Below the pieces are notes generated by a model. The model ran no database searches. It was not told where the DNA came from and saw nothing but the letters and a program-made list of their open reading frames with translations. From contig JBHLMI010000005.1 of the NCBI GenBank assembly GCA_048938295.1, positions 30,001 to 62,000 on the forward strand: a stretch of DNA of 32,000 nucleotides, in the 5' to 3' direction. Both the position numbers and the translations under genes were made by a program. Positions 18,142-25,963 of this stretch are shown in pieces (the stretch's first letter is position 1; each line of letters begins with the position of its first letter). This DNA comes from Promethearchaeota archaeon. Its GTDB lineage: Archaea > Asgardarchaeota > Hermodarchaeia > Hermodarchaeales > Hermodarchaeaceae.

Positions 18142-18175
18142 GCAACATCCGTATAAAGGAACAAAGGTTATTTCG

Positions 18176-18598
18176 ATGTCAGAAGATCGCTTCAAGGATT
18201 GGAAACATCCTGAATTCGATGATAGGGGTCTTACGAAGTGGAATTGGATGTGCCAATATCCCGAGAACCTAGAACTTGGAAAAAATACTGACATAGGTGC
18301 TTTTTCCTACATCAATGCGAGATTCATAGTACAGATTGGAGAAGGAGTAGAAGTAGGATCTCATTGCTCCATCTATTCGCATTCAACTATTGACGACAAG
18401 AAAGGCAAGGTTGTCATAGAACGAAATGTAAAAATAGGAACTCACTCGGTGATTATGCCGGGTGTTACTATAGGAGAAAACACCATCGTTGGCGCATTCA
18501 GTTATGTTACCGAAAGCCTGCCTAAGAATGTGATTGCCTTTGGCGTTCCAGCAAAGGTAATTAGACAACTAGATGAATCAGAGACCAAGGAGAGGTGA
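18176..18598 (+). CDS. Left-handed beta-helix (hexapeptide-repeat) acyltransferase
   Basis: Hexapeptide repeats LGKNTDIG, IGEGVEVG, IERNVKIG..SVIMPGVTIGENTIVGA, and FGVPAK. Confidence 0.85.
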   Translation: MSEDRFKDWKHPEFDDRGLTKWNWMCQYPENLELGKNTDIGAFSYINARFIVQIGEGVEVGSHCSIYSHSTIDDKKGKVVIERNVKIGTHSVIMPGVTIGENTIVGAFSYVTESLPKNVIAFGVPAKVIRQLDESETKER

Positions 18599-18604
18599 AG
18601 CGTT

Positions 18605-19729
18605 TTGGAGATTCCGCTTTTCAAGATACATTGGAGTGAAGAAGATATCAAACGAGTTGAAAAGGTAATTCGCTCAGGCAAGCATTGGTGCATTGGTCCT
18701 GAGATTGAAGAATTCGAAGAAAAAATTGCACATTATTTGGGCTTGAAGGAATGTGTGGTTCTTAATTCAGGAGGAGCGGCATTATTAGCGCTCATGCAAT
18801 CATATGGTTTCTCGAAGGGTGATGAAGTCATCATCCCCTCTTTCACATTCATCGCCACAGCGTATGCTCCTCTGTACGTTGGGGCCAAACCAGTTTTTGC
18901 TGATGTGGAGGAATTGACCTATGGGTTAGATGTATCAGACGTAAAGCAAAGAATCACAGCTAATACGAAGGCAATTATACCTATTCATTATGGCGGAATG
19001 CCGTGTGAAATTGATGCCCTGCAAGAATTAGCAGCGGATCATGATCTAATTCTAATCGAAGATGCAGCTGAATCATTTGGAGCAAAGCTTGGGACAAAGT
19101 TAACAGGAACGTTTGGCGATTCAACAATATTCAGCTTTTGCCAGAATAAGGTTTTTACGACCAGTGAAGGGGGCGCTGTTGTTACTGATAATGGTGACCT
19201 AGCAGAAAAAATCAGGTTATTCAGGTCTTATGGCCGAGTTGTTAGTGGAGATTATTTCTCGGAAAATGGTGACTTGGATTACGTGGAGACTGGGTACAAT
19301 CTTCGAATGTCTACCATTCTTGCAGCCCTTGGTGTCTCTCAGATGGATAGAGTGGACGAGTTGATTTCAATGCGAAGGAAAAATGCGCATTATCTGAACC
19401 AACGACTAAGCGAGATTGAAGAGATCATTCCCCCAACTCCTCCAAGCAAAGAGTACTATTCTGTGTATCAGATGTATACGATTAGAATCAAAGAGGGCAG
19501 GAAAAAACGAGACAAACTAATTCAACACCTAAAGAAGAGAGGAATAAGTTCCAAGGTTTACTTCGACCCAGCACACAAATATTCAGTACTACAGAAGCTT
19601 GGTTTTGGAGGTATCATATTACCTGTAACCGAGCGTCTTTCATCCGAAGTTTTAACTTTGCCAATGTATCCTCATATGACTAATGAGGAGCTTGATTATA
19701 TTTCAGAGGTAGTACACGAATTCTTCTAA
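18605..19729 (+). CDS. DegT/DnrJ/EryC1/StrS sugar aminotransferase (LegC/PglE-like)
   Basis: IGPEIEEFE, NSGGAAL, PSFTFIATA, IEDAAES, FSFCQNKVFTTSEGG (PLP Lys), GYNLRM, LPMYP. TTG start after SD GGAGAGGTGA. Confidence 0.92.
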   Translation: MEIPLFKIHWSEEDIKRVEKVIRSGKHWCIGPEIEEFEEKIAHYLGLKECVVLNSGGAALLALMQSYGFSKGDEVIIPSFTFIATAYAPLYVGAKPVFADVEELTYGLDVSDVKQRITANTKAIIPIHYGGMPCEIDALQELAADHDLILIEDAAESFGAKLGTKLTGTFGDSTIFSFCQNKVFTTSEGGAVVTDNGDLAEKIRLFRSYGRVVSGDYFSENGDLDYVETGYNLRMSTILAALGVSQMDRVDELISMRRKNAHYLNQRLSEIEEIIPPTPPSKEYYSVYQMYTIRIKEGRKKRDKLIQHLKKRGISSKVYFDPAHKYSVLQKLGFGGIILPVTERLSSEVLTLPMYPHMTNEELDYISEVVHEFF

Positions 19730-19825
19730 GTTAGACTGCTCAGGATTGAAAACAAGATGATTTTAGTTAGCAGATGGCTAAGCTTTTGTGAGTATAATGT
19801 AGAGTTTCTATGAGGAAGTTAGTAC

Positions 19826-22800
19826 GTGTCCGCTGAACCTGATGCGAATTCACTGTTTGAAGTTGGGCGTGAATACTATTCGAAGAAGGCTTACAAGGAA
19901 GCCCTGAAAGCCTGGAAAGCAGCTCTTGAGCAATATCAGAAAGAGGGAAAAAAACGGGAAAGTGGCATTGTAAGTGCAGAGATTGGGAAAACCCTGTTAG
20001 CGCTAGGGCAAAAGAAGGAAGCGTTGGTAAGTTGCACACAGGCTGTGCGTATTCTTCGTGAAGTAAATGATCCTCCGGTATTGCGTGCAGCACTTTTGGT
20101 CATGGGCCACGTAATGGATGAGCTGGGATATGTTGAGGAATCGAATCGTGCTTTTATTCAAGCTGTTGAAATACCTGAGGGTGTTGAAGACACCAGATTC
20201 CAAATTAATCTCTTAATAAGAATAGGCAATAGCCTGGCTCGAGTAGGAAATTATCGTGATAGCGCCAATCGATTTGAAGAGGCTATCAGATTATCTTCGA
20301 AGGTGGAGGATGTCGAACTGCGCGGAGAAACTCTAGCGGGGTATGCTCGAATTTTACAGTACCTTGATGAGCATGACCAGGCGGAAGAAATTCTTACCCA
20401 GCTCATTCGCCTTTGGGATGCTTCGAGTAAGCCAGAATTGAGTGCCTATGCATATCTGGGTTTAGCCAGTTCCTATTTGTCAGAAGGGTATCAGGATAAG
20501 GCCTATGCTACAATTCAGCAAGCGCAATCTCTTTTCACAAGCACATCTGATCAAACCGGAATGGCTCTCAGTGAATACCATCAAGCACGTCTTTTCCTTC
20601 AGAGTGGTAAACCGGAAGAAGCATTAGCCCATGGTGAGAGGGCGTTGAAACACTTTGAAAAGGAGAAGAATTACCTAGCTTATGCGGAAACAGCTATTAT
20701 TGTTGCTCAGATTTTAGGACGCCTGGTTCAGGATGTAAGAGCTCTGCGGCTTTTTGACAAAGCAATTGAATTCTTTATTCATTTGAAGGAGGTTGCCCGT
20801 GAAAAACAGACCCATGTGTTGAAAGGGAAAGCGCTCCTACGAATTGGTAAACGAAATCAAGCGGAACAGGAATTTACTCAGGCCATCCGCTATTATCAAG
20901 AACATAATCGTACAGATCGGGAGGCTTTAGTGTATATTGAGGTTGGGGAGATGTTTTTCGAGTTATCCCAATATGCTGAAGCGTTGGCACAAAGTAAATT
21001 AGCATTAACCCTCCTTCAAACCCTAAATGAGGAGAAGCTCGAAATCCGTGGATTCAGACTCCTACAGGATACAGTTAAAAAAACACACCTAATTGAAGAG
21101 GAGCTCCCCTTTATCCAGGAGGGAGTTGGGAGAGCTGAGTCTCAAGGAAAAGCGGTACTTGCCTCAACTCTAAGAGTGATTACCGCACAACTATCACTTG
21201 AGAAACAGCCACCTGAGCAACTAAAAGCCGTTTTCGAAAAGGCGATTCATGACGAACAATTGCCAACGGCGTTACGAGCTGAAGCTGCTGTAAGTCTTGG
21301 GCTAATATTGATGAAAACCGCAGATTATTCAGAAGCAGCGCAATATCTCAGTCAAGCTATCAGGGATTTTGGTGAGGTACCCGGATTCGAGGTTGGTAAG
21401 GCATATCTACAACTAGCTGAATCATACAAAGAACTTGGCAAACCAAGCCTGCAAAGGGAAGCGCTGCAAGGCGCGATTGAAGCGCTAGGTCCACAGGGAG
21501 ATAACAGAACCAAAGCTAAGCTACTCTTTGAACTCGCACCATTGATCGAAGCGGAAGATCCTGTAAAGGCTTTGGAATATTATGAAAAATCCAGCGAAAT
21601 ATTCAGAGATGGTGAATACCTACAGGAATATTATCAAGCCCTTCTCAGGCAAGCGAGCTTACTTGGTGAAACATCGGATTTTGAGTCAGCTAGCCAGATC
21701 ATATCCAAGACAATAGCCTTGGGAAAGGAATTAGATATTCCCCTCAAGTTTGAGGCAGACATGCTACCCCTTCCATGGGAACATGTCAACGCTGCCCTAG
21801 CCGAAGCCATCTTCATTGGCGCGCATCAGTATACCAAACATCAAGAACAGACTATTATCGACCAAATCATTGACTGGTCAGGTCCAAGGAAAGTGGCGTA
21901 TATCCATCCTTTCTTAACTAGTAACCTTGGCTACGAACGCTGTAGCGAGCTATCGAAGTTGCTTACCGAAGAAGCGAAGTTACTGAAACGTGCAAGTGAT
22001 ATTCGACGAGAGCTAAGGCAACTCTTACCCAGAGGGATTCCTGAGGTCGAGTATCAATCTCGCCGAAACGCGCTCCATAGCGAATTATCCGAAATCTTTG
22101 AACAGATCGAGGTGAATCGTAACGTAATTGCAGCTGCCTGTCCTGATCCGGGAAGAGGTATGATTCCTCAGGATTACAAGATGCTCCAGAAATTGTCTGC
22201 GCTTATGCCTCCAGATCGTCGATGGCTCATCATCAATTTTGATCTGCTATTAGAGAAACAAAAACTGTTTGTGACAACCTTAGACCACGTCGGCCGTCAC
22301 AATTTGCACACCATTCCAATTTCTGCCGACCTGCCGTCTGTAATTCAATCATTACAGGCCATGAAGACTTCAAAGGAGTTCCCTTCGATGGCTGACCTAA
22401 AGGATATGGCATCTTTTCTTTATCGCAGTTTAATCCCAACTCGCCTTGAGCGAGAACTCGAGAATAATAAATATGGCTTTCTTCAGTTTGTCACAGATGG
22501 ATTTCTCAACAATGTTCCATTTGAACTCATCTTCGATGGCAAGGAATATTGGGGATTGAAGTATCCCATGGCTTGGGTGCCTGATTTCCAATTCTTTGAA
22601 AGCACCCTCAAGACTAAAGCCCTAGCCCAAGCTAGCTCCTCATCGGTCTTACTAGGTGTCAACGTTGATTCAGAACAACAGCCTTCCCGAAAGGAATTTG
22701 CAGAAGAAATTGCGAACTCATTTCTTGCAGCTGTTCCCACTCGGCAGGGGGTTTCAGAACCGGTTGTGCTTTTTGGACGTGATTTTACTCGTAGTCTGTT

Positions 22801-23245
22801 AAAGGTGAACATCGATTCGCCTCGTTCCCTTCTCTACTTTTCAACGCCCACAACCCTTCACCCCCGAAAGGGAGAAATCGCTCTCCAACATCCTGACACC
22901 CTAAGGGTTATTGAGATTGGGGTAACAACTAATTTCAAAGGCGCTCCAATTCTTATCTTGGATGACTGTGTACGGCCTGAGCCAACGGAGGATGGATTGG
23001 AACTCGCAGGATTTCTCCGCCATTTAGTTTCAGCTGGATCACCTTCTATTGTCTTCACTCGTTGGCGACCTGAGGAACAGCTGCAAGCAGTGTTTACCCA
23101 GGGGATTGTTCGACAACTGTTTGAAGGAGACCCCATTGGCGTTGCGCTGATGCACACCCGACGACGATTAGCTAGCCGAGGACCGTCTCCCCACAGCTGG
23201 TTATGCTACAGTCTTTGCGGAAATCCGTTCCCGACCCTCTTCTAA
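19826..23245 (+). CDS. Large TPR-repeat protein with a C-terminal CHAT (caspase/separase-like) domain; canonical catalytic His not evident
   Basis: About 650 aa of TPR-like helical repeats (e.g. IGNSLARVGNYRDSANRFEEAI). C-terminal CHAT-like motifs TDGFLNNVPFELI, LYFSTPT (cf. LHFATHG), LILDDC (cf. LSAC), AGSPSIV..RW, PHSWLCYSLCGNP. Confidence 0.8.
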   Translation: MSAEPDANSLFEVGREYYSKKAYKEALKAWKAALEQYQKEGKKRESGIVSAEIGKTLLALGQKKEALVSCTQAVRILREVNDPPVLRAALLVMGHVMDELGYVEESNRAFIQAVEIPEGVEDTRFQINLLIRIGNSLARVGNYRDSANRFEEAIRLSSKVEDVELRGETLAGYARILQYLDEHDQAEEILTQLIRLWDASSKPELSAYAYLGLASSYLSEGYQDKAYATIQQAQSLFTSTSDQTGMALSEYHQARLFLQSGKPEEALAHGERALKHFEKEKNYLAYAETAIIVAQILGRLVQDVRALRLFDKAIEFFIHLKEVAREKQTHVLKGKALLRIGKRNQAEQEFTQAIRYYQEHNRTDREALVYIEVGEMFFELSQYAEALAQSKLALTLLQTLNEEKLEIRGFRLLQDTVKKTHLIEEELPFIQEGVGRAESQGKAVLASTLRVITAQLSLEKQPPEQLKAVFEKAIHDEQLPTALRAEAAVSLGLILMKTADYSEAAQYLSQAIRDFGEVPGFEVGKAYLQLAESYKELGKPSLQREALQGAIEALGPQGDNRTKAKLLFELAPLIEAEDPVKALEYYEKSSEIFRDGEYLQEYYQALLRQASLLGETSDFESASQIISKTIALGKELDIPLKFEADMLPLPWEHVNAALAEAIFIGAHQYTKHQEQTIIDQIIDWSGPRKVAYIHPFLTSNLGYERCSELSKLLTEEAKLLKRASDIRRELRQLLPRGIPEVEYQSRRNALHSELSEIFEQIEVNRNVIAAACPDPGRGMIPQDYKMLQKLSALMPPDRRWLIINFDLLLEKQKLFVTTLDHVGRHNLHTIPISADLPSVIQSLQAMKTSKEFPSMADLKDMASFLYRSLIPTRLERELENNKYGFLQFVTDGFLNNVPFELIFDGKEYWGLKYPMAWVPDFQFFESTLKTKALAQASSSSVLLGVNVDSEQQPSRKEFAEEIANSFLAAVPTRQGVSEPVVLFGRDFTRSLLKVNIDSPRSLLYFSTPTTLHPRKGEIALQHPDTLRVIEIGVTTNFKGAPILILDDCVRPEPTEDGLELAGFLRHLVSAGSPSIVFTRWRPEEQLQAVFTQGIVRQLFEGDPIGVALMHTRRRLASRGPSPHSWLCYSLCGNPFPTLF

Positions 23246-23258
23246 GTGATTTGCCTTA

Positions 23259-24083
23259 TTATATGAGGAAGGCATCAAGCAGAATAAGGACGCAATCAAA
23301 GGTGGCATGTGCCGCTATCGGTCCAGCTAGACGTCGACCACGCCATTGGAAGAGTAAACCTAGGAAAATGCCACCGATGGTTTGAAAAACGCCAATTAAG
23401 GGATTAAGATGCGCTAAACCAAAAATGATAGATGCAACAAGTAGTCCGCCGATTCGGCCATAATGAACATCTAATGAATTTTGGATAAACCCGCGAAAGA
23501 AGAATTCCTCTGCTGGTGCAATAACCAGGATCACAGAAAGGCACAGCATTCCAACCCAAAAGAGGTCGGTAGGGGTGGGTAGGGCGGGTGGGGATCCTCC
23601 AGGGGCTAAAAGCTCATAGAGATCTAATAAAAGGGTAACGGGTACAATTGCAGCTCCAACTGTAATACCCAACACCAAGTCCTTCGCTAGTGTCAGACCT
23701 CCACCTGTGGTCACTCCTACTTTGTCTCGCTTCACTTTGAGGCTGGTAGCGTAGGCCCAAGGCATTAGAATGAAGACGAGTTCTGTAAGGGTGAGTAAAA
23801 TCATGAAGGCTGGATTAAACGTAATGGTAATGATGTCAAATAGGGGAATCCCCCAGAAAAAGATGAAATAAAACATGCTTGTTACCGAGAGCAAGAAGAA
23901 AACACCGTAGGTTATGATGGTTATAATATAGGTGGATGTGGGTGTCCAAGGCCATAGTGAAGCTTGGGTTTCCTTAATCGACCAAGCGATTTTTGCACCG
24001 CACGTTTCACAATATCGGGTTGGTGAGGTAATGGGAGTGGCGCAATAAGGACAATACCGTGAGGGATACCATTTCTCAGTCAC
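23259..24083 (-). CDS. CPBP (Rce1/Abi) family intramembrane protease with an N-terminal double zinc ribbon
   Basis: CPYC..CETC at the N-terminus. Catalytic motifs AEEFFFRG, FGLAH and AHATFD. Multiple TM segments. Confidence 0.88.
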   Translation of the reverse strand: MTEKWYPSRYCPYCATPITSPTRYCETCGAKIAWSIKETQASLWPWTPTSTYIITIITYGVFFLLSVTSMFYFIFFWGIPLFDIITITFNPAFMILLTLTELVFILMPWAYATSLKVKRDKVGVTTGGGLTLAKDLVLGITVGAAIVPVTLLLDLYELLAPGGSPPALPTPTDLFWVGMLCLSVILVIAPAEEFFFRGFIQNSLDVHYGRIGGLLVASIIFGLAHLNPLIGVFQTIGGIFLGLLFQWRGRRLAGPIAAHATFDCVLILLDAFLI

Positions 24084-24816
24084 TTGTATTCCCTCCTACG
24101 TATTGTGGAGCCATGAGCTTGTGGCAATTGGGACAGGTCCACTCAATTTGTGCGGAAGATGCTCCTGGTTCAGACGCAGCGATGACAGCTTCCAATCGTT
24201 TATTCCGACATGACCCCCACCGGTGCATGGAGCTTTGACAGTGATTACATTCGATGAAGGCACTCCATCGGATTTGCTTTCCACAAACAGTGCACCAGCG
24301 CTTGAAGGGAGAAATAGCCAACGCGGCAGCAATGGAAAAAGCTCCTGGTGGAAGCGATAATATCCCAACTAGCACCAGTCCTATTCGAATCACAACTAAA
24401 CCCCTTTGTTGTCGAAGATGGAGCGCGATAAGGCTAGTTGTGACTATGGCTACGATTTGTAATGCTGCAAGCGTTTGGGGTACTCCAAGGTACAGGGAGG
24501 AGGCAAAAATGAACAAGATGGCTGCAAGGATTCCCGAAAGTACAATCTGTGCGCCAATCAGTCCATAGGCTAGTCTGGGTACATAAGCTGGCCGGAAGCG
24601 TGGAATCTCTGACTTCTGAGGTGAAACAAGAAGGCTCAAATCGAATTCACAGACAGGACAATGAGTAATCGATTCTGTGGATAACTCAGGAAGCGATTCA
24701 CCACACAAAGGACAGCACTTGATCGAGGTTTTATGTGAATCCTCTTTCGACTGCGCGAGGCCCTCCATACTCCAACAATTTATTGCGACCACAGGAAAAG
24801 GCTTTCCGTTACCCAT
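24076..24816 (-). CDS. Membrane protein with an N-terminal double zinc ribbon and a C-terminal C4HC3 (PHD/prokaryotic RING-like) finger
   Basis: CPLC..CPVC, then about 3-4 hydrophobic segments, then C-x2-C-x11-C-x2-C-x4-H-x4-C-x24-C-x2-C with W-x-C before the last pair. 8-nt overlap with the CPBP gene. Confidence 0.7.
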   Translation of the reverse strand: MGNGKPFPVVAINCWSMEGLAQSKEDSHKTSIKCCPLCGESLPELSTESITHCPVCEFDLSLLVSPQKSEIPRFRPAYVPRLAYGLIGAQIVLSGILAAILFIFASSLYLGVPQTLAALQIVAIVTTSLIALHLRQQRGLVVIRIGLVLVGILSLPPGAFSIAAALAISPFKRWCTVCGKQIRWSAFIECNHCQSSMHRWGSCRNKRLEAVIAASEPGASSAQIEWTCPNCHKLMAPQYVGGNTSD

Positions 24817-24900
24817 TTACTGAATTAGGATAAAAATCCATCAAGACCCGACAGCTTAAAGGGTTGAGTAAATTATGCTTCTGCAAGGTGGATTCTGGTC

Positions 24901-25401
24901 ATGGTTGTTGTAGATCGTAAGACACTACTGAAGTTAATTGCCGAAAAGCAACTTGTCACCAATATGATTGATCCGGAAATCCAGGTTTCTCCTAACGGAA
25001 TCGAATTAACGCTACATGAAGTCTTTAAATTTAAAGGACCTGGGATTATTGATTTCTCAAATAAAGGGCGCCAAATCCCAGAATATGAGAAGGTGGGGTT
25101 GAAGGGAGAGAAGTATGAACTTGACTCGGGAACTTACATTGTCACCTATAATGAAACCATATCTGTTCCAACTGATATGATTGCAATTGGTCGACCACGC
25201 TCATCGTTACTTCGCTCCGGTGTTACTGTTGAATCGGCAGTTTGGGATGCGGGTTATGAAGGGCGATCTCGGGGACTCTTGACCGTGTATAATTCGCATG
25301 GCTTAACTCTGAAACCTAATGCGCGGCTATTACATCTTGTCTTTTTCAAATTGCTCCAAGAAACCCAATCATATGCTGGAGTGTATCAAGGAGAGAGCTA
25401 G
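24901..25401 (+). CDS. dut: Archaeal trimeric dUTPase (dCTP deaminase/dUTPase family)
   Basis: PNGIELTL, RPRSSLLRSG, AVWDAGYEG, C-terminal YAGVYQGE. Confidence 0.85.
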   Translation: MVVVDRKTLLKLIAEKQLVTNMIDPEIQVSPNGIELTLHEVFKFKGPGIIDFSNKGRQIPEYEKVGLKGEKYELDSGTYIVTYNETISVPTDMIAIGRPRSSLLRSGVTVESAVWDAGYEGRSRGLLTVYNSHGLTLKPNARLLHLVFFKLLQETQSYAGVYQGES

Positions 25402-25944
25402 GTGCCATTGCTAAAAGTTAATGTTTTGGTTACAGGACGTCCCGGATGCGGAAAAAGTACTCTCGTAAACCGTCTTATTGAAAAGGCTCGAGCTAAGGGA
25501 ATTATAGTTGGGGGAATCAGTACCCCTGAATTTCGACTATCTACCGGCAAGCGGGGAGGCTTTCTGATTCAAGACATTGCCACTGGTGAGAAGCAAATTA
25601 TGGCATCAGCGAATCATTCTAGCCCCGTTTTGGTTGGTCGCTATGGTGTGGACCTTCAAGCGATTCAGGATGTGGGGGTCAAGGCGATCAATTCAGCAGT
25701 GGCGAAAGCGGATTTGGTTGTCATTGATGAAATAGGGAAAATGGAATTGGCTGTTTCTGAATTCAAATTGAGTGTGGCAGGGGCCTTGAATTCATCGAAA
25801 CCAGTGCTGGGAACAATCGGTATGTGGTTAAAAACCGCCTTTGTCGTTGATATTAAGAACCGGTCAGATGTTACTTTACTTGTCTTGACTCCCGAAACGC
25901 GTGACCAGGTCTACCAAAACATAGTGAACCTGTTTGGACTATAA
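25402..25944 (+). CDS. P-loop nucleoside triphosphatase (THEP1/NTPase_1 family)
   Basis: VTGRPGCGKST, GGISTPE.R, RGGF, VGRYGVD, VIDEIGKME. GTG start abuts the dut stop codon. Confidence 0.9.
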   Translation: MPLLKVNVLVTGRPGCGKSTLVNRLIEKARAKGIIVGGISTPEFRLSTGKRGGFLIQDIATGEKQIMASANHSSPVLVGRYGVDLQAIQDVGVKAINSAVAKADLVVIDEIGKMELAVSEFKLSVAGALNSSKPVLGTIGMWLKTAFVVDIKNRSDVTLLVLTPETRDQVYQNIVNLFGL

Positions 25945-25963
25945 AGAATGAGGGGGACCAAAG

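Noticed and set aside
12392-19729. Pseudaminic acid or plain sialic acid pathway
   Set aside because: A hydrolysing NeuC is present and no PseG is visible. The dehydratase has MGASK rather than the PseB-type YGATK, and Neu5Ac needs no dehydratase or aminotransferase. Disfavoured, but not excluded without a NeuB tree.
19745-19756. 12-bp match ATTGAAAACAAG shared with the pheS leader (minus strand, about 30249-30260)
   Set aside because: A single AT-rich 12-mer match is expected by chance in a window this size, and the two downstream genes have no evident functional link.
19767-20093. 108-aa minus-strand ORF extending into the gap before TPR-CHAT
   Set aside because: It is mostly antisense to the TPR-CHAT start, has no motif, and would converge on degT with no supporting signals.
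19826-23245. Craspase (type III-E CRISPR-associated Csx29)
   Set aside because: No CRISPR array, gRAMP/Cas7-11 or csx30/31 is seen in the window.
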